A stretch of DNA of 64,000 nt, taken from positions 1-64,000 of the IMG/VR virus record IMGVR_UViG_3300025424_000296; one strand, 5' to 3'. The notes beneath the pieces were generated by a model. It saw nothing but the letters and a program-made list of their open reading frames with translations. It was not told the DNA's origin and made no database searches. The stretch is from a virus. Position 1 is the first letter of the stretch. Every line of letters begins with the position of its first letter. Below, piece by piece: positions 50,201-59,410 of this stretch. The position numbers and the translations under genes were made by a program.

Positions 50201-52022
50201 ATTAAATATTGTAGGTAACAGTGCCGGCAATACCATAATTGGAGTCAATCTTATCAACACTGCGGGCGGTGCTGGTAGTGGTTCTGGTATAGACTTCTAC
50301 ACTTATACTGGATCCTCGAGTCCTCCAGAAGCAAGAATATTTGCTTACGACAACGGTGACTATTCGGCAAGTATTCAGTTTGCTAACAAGATACCTGGTG
50401 CCAATACCAATGTTCTACAAACAAATATGACCTTGACTACCAGCGGTAACTTGAACGTTGTTGGTTCTGTTAGTGCTCCAAGTTTTGTAATTAACGGTCA
50501 GCCAACAAGTTTTGGTTTAGTAAACAGTTCTTACTTGTTTGCACAAAATAACGCTGATCAAACAGTAGGGCAAAATGTTGCAGTTAACTTCCAAGTTACA
50601 AATGCAAGTAACGGCAGTCTTATAAACAAGATAAGCAATACACAAGTAACACTAACAGCAGGTAATACTTATAAACTAGAAGCTGTTGTGAGAAGAATGC
50701 AATCAAGTTCAACTTGGGGTGCATTCAGATGGTATGATGTAACCAATTCTACTTATGTTGGCTTAGAAGGATTTAGTGAAGTAGCAAATTCAAGCGGTGC
50801 TATTGGTTCAACTGATGTAGCTACATACTATGTAACTCCTAGTGTTAATACCACATATGAACTAAGACAAACCACAGTTAATTCTGTTATTGCAAATGGT
50901 AATTATGTTTCAATGGAAATTACGCAAATCAATCCTGCAATAGCAGTTCAAGCAACTGCTACTGGCACATTGAATGCTAACTATGCCAAATATACAAGAA
51001 CGACATCACAAAGTGTATCCGCTAATACGGTAGTTGTTTGTAACGTGGTAGAAAACGTATCAGGCAGCGATATATCAGTTAATACTTCAACTGGACAGGT
51101 AACATTAGTTGCAGGCAAAACTTATAGACTTCGAGGAACAGTAGGAACCATGGCAGGTAGCACAGTATCATCATTGCTGGGTTACTGCTGGTATAATGAA
51201 ACTACCAGTTCTTGGATCGGTGAAGGTTCTGGGTGGGTAAGTCCAGGTAGCACCAACTGGAACTCGGCTGCTGGGGGCACTGCTGAAGCAATATTTACTG
51301 CTGCATCAACCACAGTAGTATCATTTAGAATAATATCTGCAAATAATGTATCTAGTATAGGCGGAACGGCTGCAGACTGGGGATCACCATATGGTTATCC
51401 TTGGATTGACATAGAAGAGATTGGAACAGCTTTCAGCCTAAACACAATTAATACATTAACCACTACATCCAGTGTAAGTGTTGGTGGTAATTTATCTGTT
51501 GCAGGTAATATAACTGGCACATTAAATGTTACTGCTCCAACTTTCCATGGTGTTACACCGTCGTGGTCACTGGGAGATTCAGCTTCAGCTGCTTGGTTCT
51601 TGTTAGGAACATGGAATACAACAAATGCTGGTACCTCATTATATATGAGATTGATAGCACACTGCGGGTACAATGCTGTAGCACTTCAAAATCAAGTAAC
51701 CGAATTGATGTTTGTTACTAGTAATGCAAGTTCATACATTGCAGGTTCTAGTGGTAACTTCTATGCCAACGGATTAGCTAGTGCAAACAGTCGTTTGGGC
51801 ACAGGTGGAACAAGTCCTAGCTATCAAGCACCAAATTATTTTAGAATTGTTCAAGTATCTCTAACTCAGTATCAAATATATGCTTATTTTGGTTCGGCGT
51901 ATATGAGAAATAGTAACTACAGTATTCAAATCAGCTCAGGTGATACTTGGGTAGATGGCGGCGGCGGTGTAGTATCAGCACCTAGCGGCAACTATATAAC
52001 TATTACTCCAACATCATTCTAA
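47292..52022 (+). CDS. Large tail-fibre/virion protein (Mtd-like N-terminus, beta-propeller, EGTNLYF repeats, jelly-roll-like C-domains)
   Basis: G..GELTVD......VHDG..PGG; repeats G..VD..DN.I.TG; EGTNLYF twice; GGAG RBS and TAAATA. Confidence 0.85.
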   Translation: MRNYVSKNTTSNSNTYVGSHGELTVDPVTLSLRVHDGSSPGGFPISGGSGLGNLTVADQTVSPSNDHDIVLGGGSFGHGSVTMQNQAAGGNVVISTTTQDWISSYGVLPVNSTADIFGTSVALDADVNIYTIGSDTSGAKHGYILKYQPDGTQAWQKQVNLSNSAGESLAVDSGGNVWALFTNYSDASFNVYKLDPTGTVVSQWAVASSPQTSYGYDLTLDSADNVIVTGRTYTVNNTFANITSAAPSGVLGTILINPSVFGTEIPANDGSWTMTGTGISGTASVTAVVVSSNISVTIDQRVNFSTVGGSWTLTHYRNGDVVIIKLDTHANQIAWQWAFGNNYADYGYGITVDSGDNVIVTGNIADPTLPYYNRTLAAIKLNTNGNILWKKVFTQVDSGTPGYATGYGVTVDNSDNIYILGETNPLNENDQVLILKLDSNGSIVWSKTLYAAGTFAYGTGIGYSQYDGRLYITGVDQGTQIYVGVGCLDTDGNAIWERILSYNPDNVTEKYYTNGHKAIAVDRDHLVVTGYYYGTDANQFTIKLPVDGSGIGTYGDWSYVPGFFAIVDNFANITGTDLTTNPVATGLTVSIPTNSTVDLSYSDQLIQLPDPTNGFVAPSIISNIVQTNEIKGNTDLILTTPSNVLITTGRETFIIGVNGSLTLPAGGDIKDSNNNSVLFKANQSVNTNSSVIFSNVIVSSNLTVQGTTTTVNQSVLNIADNKITLNSGQTGTPTQNGTFEVDRGSSPNTSIRWNESTGKWEQTRDGNTYVVLPINTSELAEGTNLYFTSARARSAISVTGSGSYNSSTGVITISGGVTSVNTQTGAVTLTTTNINEGTNLYFSNARVRSALVAGTGINYNSGTGSISVINGVYTTDTGTVTNTMLAGNIAVSKITGLAVSATTDTTNASNITSGTLPNARLSSIPNSALANVAVTIGTTSVNLGSASTTLTGLTTVNIGSAVANLYNTAPLNIVGNSAGNTIIGVNLINTAGGAGSGSGIDFYTYTGSSSPPEARIFAYDNGDYSASIQFANKIPGANTNVLQTNMTLTTSGNLNVVGSVSAPSFVINGQPTSFGLVNSSYLFAQNNADQTVGQNVAVNFQVTNASNGSLINKISNTQVTLTAGNTYKLEAVVRRMQSSSTWGAFRWYDVTNSTYVGLEGFSEVANSSGAIGSTDVATYYVTPSVNTTYELRQTTVNSVIANGNYVSMEITQINPAIAVQATATGTLNANYAKYTRTTSQSVSANTVVVCNVVENVSGSDISVNTSTGQVTLVAGKTYRLRGTVGTMAGSTVSSLLGYCWYNETTSSWIGEGSGWVSPGSTNWNSAAGGTAEAIFTAASTTVVSFRIISANNVSSIGGTAADWGSPYGYPWIDIEEIGTAFSLNTINTLTTTSSVSVGGNLSVAGNITGTLNVTAPTFHGVTPSWSLGDSASAAWFLLGTWNTTNAGTSLYMRLIAHCGYNAVALQNQVTELMFVTSNASSYIAGSSGNFYANGLASANSRLGTGGTSPSYQAPNYFRIVQVSLTQYQIYAYFGSAYMRNSNYSIQISSGDTWVDGGGGVVSAPSGNYITITPTSF

Positions 52023-52221
52023 TATATTAAATTTTAATATAAGGATTTCAATGATATACAACATTGGTTAGTTAATAATAATCAATGTTGTATAAATATA
52101 TCGTAAGCCATTAATAAATTTAAAAATCAAGTGAACTATGATTAGTGTTCAAAACGTAGCAGTGATCCGGGATCACAGCAGTTTAAACATTAATTTAAGA
52201 TTCACCGGTTAAAAACCAAAG

Positions 52222-52256
52222 AACTCTAGGGTTACAGAATAGTCCTAGAGTTTTTT
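52222..52256 (+). terminator. Intrinsic terminator preceded by a 24-codon mini-ORF (52138-52212)
   Basis: AACTCTAGG...CCTAGAGTT-TTTT. Confidence 0.7.
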
Positions 52257-52700
52257 GTTAGGTAATTGATATTAGGCTGGTTTCTTAAAATAATGAGTAT
52301 AGCTACAAACAGCAACTAGTTCCCAACCCTGTGCACCAAAACTATTAAGTGTATCTAAATCTGGATTGCCACTATAAATCATATATTGCCACATGGTAAT
52401 TCCTCCATTTTTGATATTTAGTTTATTTTGGTTAACTTTTTGGTTAAAATACCATATTATTGTGGTTAATTTTCATTGACATGATTAAATAAACATGATA
52501 AACTATGCAGATAACCACAAGGTTATGTTGAGATAGGGGAGTCTCATCACTCCGAAAAGATTAGTTATGAGTTCCGTGTGAGACACACAAGGCAGTGAAT
52601 TCTTGTGTACGTGAAAATAACAAGATCTTCTCAGCATTACCATGTGGTTGACACTTCTAATAAAGATGCTAATATAATCTATAGCAAAGGAAGTGATGTT

Positions 52701-52829
52701 ATGAATCAAAATGAATTAAAATCAGTGCCCACATGGGCAGTTATACTTGTAGCAGTTGGTATGATTGCTGCTAGTGTTGTATATGCTTATACAACTGATC
52801 CAACCACAATCGCCGATGTAATCAAATAA
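52701..52829 (+). CDS. Small membrane protein
   Basis: TTGACA..TATAAT promoter, AAGGA RBS, one TM helix. Confidence 0.55.
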   Translation: MNQNELKSVPTWAVILVAVGMIAASVVYAYTTDPTTIADVIK

Positions 52830-52953
52830 TGACGGTTGTGTAACTTGGCAGGCGGGATGACGTTCTCATATGTCCTCAAGTCGTAGGTTCCAGTTCTGAC
52901 ACCAAAACTATTTTAATACTTGACATAAAAATTACTGTAGAGTAACATAAAGT

Positions 52954-53145
52954 ATGAGCATACATGAAAAAATAATTATGATACTTGTGATATTGGTTAT
53001 GCTTGTAATCAGTATACATTCTGATCAATCACACAATAATAAAGATATCGAAGCTTGTAAACAAGCGGGTAGTGTTGTAGTTATTAAAGATATCACCGGC
53101 AAAACTGTTTGTTTACACCCTGGTGCAGCCATTAACACCAATTAA
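52954..53145 (+). CDS. Small membrane-anchored protein
   Basis: TM helix then C..AG......C. Confidence 0.55.
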   Translation: MSIHEKIIMILVILVMLVISIHSDQSHNNKDIEACKQAGSVVVIKDITGKTVCLHPGAAINTN

Positions 53146-53152
53146 CAGGAGC

Positions 53153-53356
53153 ATGGACATGTCCAAAGATATTAATTTCAAAGACTATGAACTAACTCAG
53201 ATGGGAATAGATGAAATACTAGATAAGGCTGCTCGTCTACAGGTATTTCTCAGTGAAAATTATAATAACATCACACTTCAAATGTGTATCGATCATGTGA
53301 TCCGTGCATATGCATCATATAATCCAGCCGAAGAAACTGTGGGTAAATACGCCTAA
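53153..53356 (+). CDS. Hypothetical protein
   Basis: AGGAG RBS. Confidence 0.5.
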   Translation: MDMSKDINFKDYELTQMGIDEILDKAARLQVFLSENYNNITLQMCIDHVIRAYASYNPAEETVGKYA

Positions 53357-53526
53357 TACAGTCCGGGCTAATCCTCTACTAGGCCAATGCAAATTTGAGC
53401 TTAGATATGATGTTAAATCTGGGATTTACCAGTGAACTTAGAGGACGCTCTAAGGTACGGATATCCAGGGGTGACAAGCCCCATTAAAATCATTTCTAAC
53501 TAGGCAATATGACTTATAAGTAACAT

Positions 53527-54981
53527 ATGATATATGACCTACTAATTGTCGGCGGCGGAATTAACGGCTGTGCTATAGCAAGAGATGCAGCAGGTCGTGG
53601 TTTACGAGTTCTGTTAGTCGAACAAAACGACCTAGCAAGTGCTACTTCTTCAGCATCAACAAAACTAATACACGGCGGCTTACGCTATCTTGAAACATAC
53701 GATTTCAGATTGGTACACGAAGCACTAGCAGAACGTGAAATATTACTGGCTAACGCACCTCACATCATTTGGCCCTTGAACTTTGTACTACCTCATGCAA
53801 AAGGACTGCGTCCAAAATGGATGATCAAACTTGGTCTTTGGTTATATGATCATCTAGCAACACGTAAAACATTACCCAAGTCTAAAATGGTAATGCTCCA
53901 GGGTAACTGGATGGGCAAACCTCTTAAGAAAGAATACGAAATAGGGTTTACCTACGCAGATTGCTGGGTAGATGATGCTAGACTAGTTGTGCTTAATGCA
54001 GTTAATGCTAGAGAATATGGAGCGGAAATATGTGTAGGTACTCGTCTATTGAATGCTACGTCTCAAAATGGATCGTGGACTGCAACACTTAGTAATAGAC
54101 GAGAAGTTCAATCACGAGTACTGATTAATGCAGCAGGACCGTGGGTGTCTGAAGTACTTGATAATATAGAAATAAAATCTCATAAACATGTGAAATTAGT
54201 CAAGGGATCGCATATTGTAGTACATAGACAGTATCCGGGTAGTCATGCTTATATACTACAGAACAATGACGGACGTATTGCATTTGCTATTCCCTATGAA
54301 GGGGCATATACATTAATTGGTACAACTGACTTTGTTCATAATGATGCACCCGGACCTGTTGCTATCAGTGATGTTGAAACTGATTATTTGATTGAGTTAG
54401 TTAATCACTTTTGGGACAAACCGATCGCTCACAGTGATATAGTCTGGAGTTATGCAGGATTGAGACCACTATATGATGACGGTTCGGTAAATGCATCAGT
54501 TGTAACTAGAGATTATGCGTTTGACCTTAATACAGATTCTGCACCGGTATTATCTATATTTGGTGGTAAGATTACAACTGCTCGTAGATTGGCAGAACAT
54601 GCACTGGACGAGTTAGGCAAGTTTCTACCCAGTTGCGGAAACAAATGGACCAAGTCAGCAGCATTACCTGGCGGCGGTATAGATTTTGATAGATTTGTTA
54701 GACAACTACGTGAAGATAAACCTCTGATAGATTTTCACTTGTTATACAGACTTGCTCGTGCCTATGGTACACGAGCGTATGACCTATTAGGTGATGCTAC
54801 AACAAATGAGGATCTTGGACGAGACTTTGGGCATGGATTGACACAAGCCGAAGTTGATTATTTAATTGCAAATGAGTGGGCAAGATCTGCTGACGATATT
54901 CTATGGAGACGCAGTAAATTAGGATTGCACATGACTCAAGACGAGCAAGCAGTATTACGTGAATTTGTCAACAAAGAATAG
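53527..54981 (+). CDS. glpD: Aerobic FAD glycerol-3-phosphate dehydrogenase
   Basis: GGGING..IARDAAGRGL, TSS.STKLIHGGLRYLE, DDARLV, NAAGPW, GLRPL, GGKITT.R.LAE, DILWRRSKLG. Confidence 0.96.
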   Translation: MIYDLLIVGGGINGCAIARDAAGRGLRVLLVEQNDLASATSSASTKLIHGGLRYLETYDFRLVHEALAEREILLANAPHIIWPLNFVLPHAKGLRPKWMIKLGLWLYDHLATRKTLPKSKMVMLQGNWMGKPLKKEYEIGFTYADCWVDDARLVVLNAVNAREYGAEICVGTRLLNATSQNGSWTATLSNRREVQSRVLINAAGPWVSEVLDNIEIKSHKHVKLVKGSHIVVHRQYPGSHAYILQNNDGRIAFAIPYEGAYTLIGTTDFVHNDAPGPVAISDVETDYLIELVNHFWDKPIAHSDIVWSYAGLRPLYDDGSVNASVVTRDYAFDLNTDSAPVLSIFGGKITTARRLAEHALDELGKFLPSCGNKWTKSAALPGGGIDFDRFVRQLREDKPLIDFHLLYRLARAYGTRAYDLLGDATTNEDLGRDFGHGLTQAEVDYLIANEWARSADDILWRRSKLGLHMTQDEQAVLREFVNKE

Positions 54982-55036
54982 TTGACATTAAGTTATAAGG
55001 CACTATATTAAACATATAAAAGAAAGGAAACCGACT

Positions 55037-55225
55037 ATGAATAGATTCTTTATTACAACAACTCTAATGGTCGTACTTGCTACAACTTCGATCCCTAACT
55101 ATCTAGGATCTCTGATCGATGGAAATAGTGGTGGCTATCGATACGAAGCCAATGCTTCTACAATTAATAGAAAGCTGTCTTGTTTTACTCGTAGCTGGGA
55201 TGGACACACTACAGACTGTCTCTGA
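55037..55225 (+). CDS. Small hypothetical protein
   Basis: TTGACA promoter and AAGGA RBS. Confidence 0.45.
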   Translation: MNRFFITTTLMVVLATTSIPNYLGSLIDGNSGGYRYEANASTINRKLSCFTRSWDGHTTDCL

Positions 55226-55272
55226 GGTTAACAGAGTTTTAAAAGATGCTAGTATATATGAGTAATAAATGT

Positions 55273-55352
55273 TTCCTTGTAGCTCAGTTGGTAAAGTAGT
55301 GACTGTTAATCACTTAATCACTTAGTCGTTGGTTCGAGTCCAACCGGGGGAG
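55273..55352 (+). pseudogene. Degenerate tRNA-Asn(GUU)
   Basis: Anticodon arm AGTGA-CTGTTAA-TCACT, T-arm GTTGG-TTCGAGT-CCAAC; 8-nt duplication TTAATCAC, D-stem mismatch, three G:U in the acceptor, no CCA. Confidence 0.7.
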
Positions 55353-55412
55353 ACAAAATTAAATAATTTTGTGATTTGACTCAGTTACGTACATCACTTA
55401 TAATCATTGATT

Positions 55413-56081
55413 ATGTTAGAACATTTAGAAGATCAAATCAGGAAATTAAAACCTTTCTTTGCCAAAGGTGCTGTTAAAGATATATTTTCCTGGCAAGAAT
55501 TAGAGTCTTTAATAAATCTTAAACCTTTATTAAACCACCAGAGATTTCATATAATATCTGGAAAAAGATATGATCCTGGATTTTTTGCATGGACAACTGA
55601 TCGTGAATTATATAGTATAGAATCATTAGAAAATGATGTACCCAAATATCTATGCTTTTTACAGGATGCGTCGCGTGTAAATTCACAAGTTAACACAGTG
55701 TGTTCAGAATTAGAGGAATTAACCAAATGTCCAACAGATGCGCATATATATTTTGATTTAAATCCGGTCGCTAAAAATGGGTTTGGAATACATTATGATA
55801 TGTCACATAATTTAATTGTGCAAATTGAAGGAAAAACTCAGTTTGAATGCTGGGACATCAAAGGCGGACCAGAGCCAATGGGTCCTAAACCAGAGTCTTT
55901 ACCAGAAGATCCTATTTTAGATGTAACAATGGAACCAGGTGATGCGATTTTTGTTCCTGTTTATCATTATCACAGAGCAAGATCGATAACTAAAAGACTA
56001 TCTATTAGTCTCCCTAGCTGTGCCACTTCTCCATTCACTCCGTGTCAGGAAAGACAATGGATTAAATTAAATATAGATTAG
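55413..56081 (+). CDS. JmjC/cupin-4 2OG-Fe(II) oxygenase
   Basis: HYD...LIVQ.EGK..., PGD..F.P...YH.A. Confidence 0.88.
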   Translation: MLEHLEDQIRKLKPFFAKGAVKDIFSWQELESLINLKPLLNHQRFHIISGKRYDPGFFAWTTDRELYSIESLENDVPKYLCFLQDASRVNSQVNTVCSELEELTKCPTDAHIYFDLNPVAKNGFGIHYDMSHNLIVQIEGKTQFECWDIKGGPEPMGPKPESLPEDPILDVTMEPGDAIFVPVYHYHRARSITKRLSISLPSCATSPFTPCQERQWIKLNID

Positions 56082-56088
56082 GAAATTA

Positions 56089-56832
56089 ATGTTCACTTTT
56101 TTTCATCGCAAACCTACTATAACAATTGACTGTTTTACCTGTAATGAATTTGCATATGAACACACACCGATAGTAAAGACTTCAAGATCTTTACCAGACT
56201 GGTGGCGTAAACTGCCGAGAAGTAAACCCACAAATCCAATCTATCCACAGTTACAAAAAACCAATATGAGACACTGTTATGGCTTTATAGAACTTTTCAG
56301 ACGTGGTCTGATTATACCGACATGGTGTGAAGCACATATCAAGTGTTACAGTGATAATGTAGTGTGTGAACCATCTAAATCAAATATTACTGGGTTTGAA
56401 AGTCACGAGAGAGAGTTATTTGCAGGTGGGTTTTCTAGCTATAATCATTTCAAATGGCACCCGCCTTGGTTAATTAAAGAAAAAACAGGATTGCACTTTT
56501 TCTTTACTGAAGCAACTTGGTTAATAGAAAATCAATGTTACACTATTCTACCAGGTGTAGTTGAATATAAACTAAATCATAGTACTGCTATTAATTTCTT
56601 TTTTCCAAAGTCAGACGTACCGTATGATGTTTATCTACAAGCAGGTCAACCTCTGATTCAGATAGTTCCGTTGTTAGATGATAAGAATATTGAACATAAA
56701 AATCATCTAATAAGTTCTGAAGAATATAACAGGATGCATGGTGCGTGTGCCATGGGATTATTTGGCGGATATAAATCTCTTACTAGATTATCTAAGAAAA
56801 ATGAAGAACAATCTAAATGTCCATTTGACTAA
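56089..56832 (+). CDS. Hypothetical protein (possible dUTPase-like beta-clip); paralog of 59411..60145
   Basis: MFTFFHR, P.WW..LP, NMR.CYGF, LPGVV, AGQPL.Q..P, KCPF. Confidence 0.8.
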   Translation: MFTFFHRKPTITIDCFTCNEFAYEHTPIVKTSRSLPDWWRKLPRSKPTNPIYPQLQKTNMRHCYGFIELFRRGLIIPTWCEAHIKCYSDNVVCEPSKSNITGFESHERELFAGGFSSYNHFKWHPPWLIKEKTGLHFFFTEATWLIENQCYTILPGVVEYKLNHSTAINFFFPKSDVPYDVYLQAGQPLIQIVPLLDDKNIEHKNHLISSEEYNRMHGACAMGLFGGYKSLTRLSKKNEEQSKCPFD

Positions 56833-56895
56833 AATCAAATTGAATTTCATATCATTGATAGATTAAACAAATTTTATTTTTAAACGGAGAAAAAT

Positions 56896-57210
56896 ATGAA
56901 GAAGCCTTTTATTTCACTACTAGCAATACTTGTTATCTCACTATCTAGTATCACTCAGGCCAGTGCATGGCGAGGCGGCGGCTGGGGTGGTCACGGCGGA
57001 TATGGCTGGGGTCGCGGTGGCTATTATGGTGGTTATGGTAGGGGCTATGGTTACGGTGGTGGTTGGGGAGGCTACGGCGCTGCTGCTGGTATTGGATTAG
57101 GACTAGGTATACTAGGTGGTGCTATTGCTGGTAGCCAGTATTACAACCAAACTTGTATTAACCCTTATAATGGTGTTAGGTACTATTGCAACGGGTATAA
57201 CGGTTGGTGA
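56896..57210 (+). CDS. Secreted Gly/Tyr-rich protein
   Basis: Signal peptide, GGWG/GYG repeats, glycine-zipper helix. Confidence 0.75.
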   Translation: MKKPFISLLAILVISLSSITQASAWRGGGWGGHGGYGWGRGGYYGGYGRGYGYGGGWGGYGAAAGIGLGLGILGGAIAGSQYYNQTCINPYNGVRYYCNGYNGW

Positions 57211-57217
57211 GTTAAAT

Positions 57218-57259
57218 TAACTCCGCTGTGTTAGAATAAATATCAGCGTAGCGGAGTTA
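57218..57259 (+). promoter_or_regulatory. RBS-sequestering hairpin enclosing a late promoter
   Basis: TAACTCCGCT (57218-57227) / AGCGGAGTTA (57250-57259) flank TAAATA (57237-57242). Confidence 0.7.
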
Positions 57260-57263
57260 TTAG

Positions 57264-57986
57264 ATGAAAATAAACGAATTAGAACGCAACATTATTAAAA
57301 AGAGTGACGCTAAACTTTGGCCCTATAAGCGAAGCGATTACACAAAAGAATTACCTATTTCTATCGGCGAGTATGATGTTCTTTCTAAAACACACAGTCA
57401 ACGAGCAGGTGATAATATATCAACTATTAGCGGTATAATGGTTGGTGTATTTGACGGCGAAACAGGTGTTGCTAATATGTTTATTTCTCCTAGTGATTAC
57501 CAGGGCATTAAATGTTATCATGTTGAATATACGTTTCTTAATCCAAAATACCAAGGACAGGCTATAGGCTATGAATTATACAGAGGTTTGATAGTATTAA
57601 TGGGTATACCATTGATAACTGTTGGCAGCCAAAGTCCGGGTGCAAGAAAGACTTGGCTACGATTAGCACAAGATCCTCAGATAACAGCATACGGACTTGA
57701 TATTGATAGAGACATTGTGTTCAATTTACAAGCAAATAAAAATCAAACAGAATTAAAAAGTTCAGGTAAAAAGATACAGGTTTATGACAATTATAGCACG
57801 GGTATTATTTTGGTAATTAAGAATGGCCCATATGCTCGTAAGTTAGAAAAGTTAAGAAGAGAAACACAAGATCGTGTTGGATATTATGATCCATTATTTT
57901 ATGATAAACTAAGTGTTGATAAAAATATCAAGAAGCCAACCAAGCCAGATATTTTCGGCACTAAGAAATTTGATCCAATAACTTGA
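57264..57986 (+). CDS. GNAT-fold protein, MKINEL N-terminus
   Basis: L.P.YQGQ.IG..LY...QS.GA...W..L acetyl-CoA-binding pattern. Confidence 0.7.
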   Translation: MKINELERNIIKKSDAKLWPYKRSDYTKELPISIGEYDVLSKTHSQRAGDNISTISGIMVGVFDGETGVANMFISPSDYQGIKCYHVEYTFLNPKYQGQAIGYELYRGLIVLMGIPLITVGSQSPGARKTWLRLAQDPQITAYGLDIDRDIVFNLQANKNQTELKSSGKKIQVYDNYSTGIILVIKNGPYARKLEKLRRETQDRVGYYDPLFYDKLSVDKNIKKPTKPDIFGTKKFDPIT

Positions 57987-58247
57987 GAGTATTTGTGTAA
58001 TGATAGATTGTAAATTAATTATTTGGTTTTTGTGTGGTATTGTTATAATAATATTAATGACAATGTTTGATGACGTATTATTGGGGCCGCCAAACTTTCC
58101 CTAAAAGGAGAACTGCAATGGATGAAAAAAATGCAATTAAGGCTATTACAATTTTAGCTGTTGGATTTGGTTGTACAATACTTCTTGGATTTGTGTTTAG
58201 TTCATTAGTAATGAAGTACGGTTTTAATTAAAAGGTAGCGCAATCAA

Positions 58248-58538
58248 ATGAAAAAATTATTCACAGTGGTATTGACAATTTTTATAATAAGTACCAACCT
58301 TGCTATAGCTCAAGTTTATTATGCACCATATCCTGTATACGGTGTTCAGGTAGTAGTACCTCCACCTGTTGTAGTAGCACCTGCTCCTGTAATTGTACAG
58401 CAACCCATAATTGTACAGCAACCCATAATCGTACAGCAACCTGTTACAGTGTATACCCCGACTTGTTGGATGCAACCGGATCCTTACACTTTTCTTGGTG
58501 AAATATTCGGATATGATTACTATCAAGTTTGCAGGTAA
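58248..58538 (+). CDS. Secreted Pro/Val-rich protein
   Basis: Signal peptide; P(V/I)IVQQ three times (18-bp repeats). Confidence 0.65.
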   Translation: MKKLFTVVLTIFIISTNLAIAQVYYAPYPVYGVQVVVPPPVVVAPAPVIVQQPIIVQQPIIVQQPVTVYTPTCWMQPDPYTFLGEIFGYDYYQVCR

Positions 58539-58546
58539 TCTTATTA

Positions 58547-59296
58547 TTATTGGTTAGAAAGCATTCTTTTGGATGTTATGGGTATATTTGCATTTATATC
58601 CCATTTTACACCATTATATTTTAACCAATCTGTATAAATTTTATGCGGATCAAAGGTATATAAATTCAAATCTGCAAATCTATTTAAATTATTATAAATG
58701 TCTGCCCAAATATCCATACTCTGGCTATTACCACTCACCCATAAATCATGTAAAATCGCATACTTATCTTTGTAAAATCCGTTATATGTCAAAATGTCGG
58801 GGTTTAGTATGGTAAGATCAATATCTTGTTCAAATAATACATCCCACCTTGTAGCAATTACGTAATCGTATTTTTTCCCAGTGAAAACTTCTTGTTGTTT
58901 TTTAAGGGTTATTACTGCACTTCTAGAATGCATTAAGCCAAAAACACCAAGAGGTCTATGTTTAGCAAACGGCATACCAAATCTTTTAAATTGTGTGGTT
59001 AATTCTTTAAATCTATTGATGTGCAAATTAAAATTATCTAGATGTAAACCTACTGGTTTGGTACAGTTAATCATACCCTCGATGACTCCCAGATCTACAG
59101 GCGAACTTGATAAATGATACCCGGGGTGATAAAGAGAAGACATACATTGCTCTGGCTCTATTTGAAGTCCGATACTATCAGTCCATGTCATAGCAAATAT
59201 ATCAGGATTATATGGTTTGATTAACTTCTGGTAAATTCCTTCCCAACACAACTCAAAAGTTCTAAGATGGCCGTATAAACAAAGAGCAATATTCAT
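58547..59296 (-). CDS. Putative glycosyltransferase-like protein
   Basis: MNIALCLYG.LR, YD.VI..R.D; related to 41696..42358. Confidence 0.7.
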   Translation of the reverse strand: MNIALCLYGHLRTFELCWEGIYQKLIKPYNPDIFAMTWTDSIGLQIEPEQCMSSLYHPGYHLSSSPVDLGVIEGMINCTKPVGLHLDNFNLHINRFKELTTQFKRFGMPFAKHRPLGVFGLMHSRSAVITLKKQQEVFTGKKYDYVIATRWDVLFEQDIDLTILNPDILTYNGFYKDKYAILHDLWVSGNSQSMDIWADIYNNLNRFADLNLYTFDPHKIYTDWLKYNGVKWDINANIPITSKRMLSNQ

Positions 59297-59410
59297 AATT
59301 TATCCTCAGTTTTCTTTGTAATAAACTTGATTGACAAGGTTTTAATTTACAAATATACTTATCTATAATAAAGTGCATATTTAACATTTATAACTAAATT
59401 ATGAGGATAT

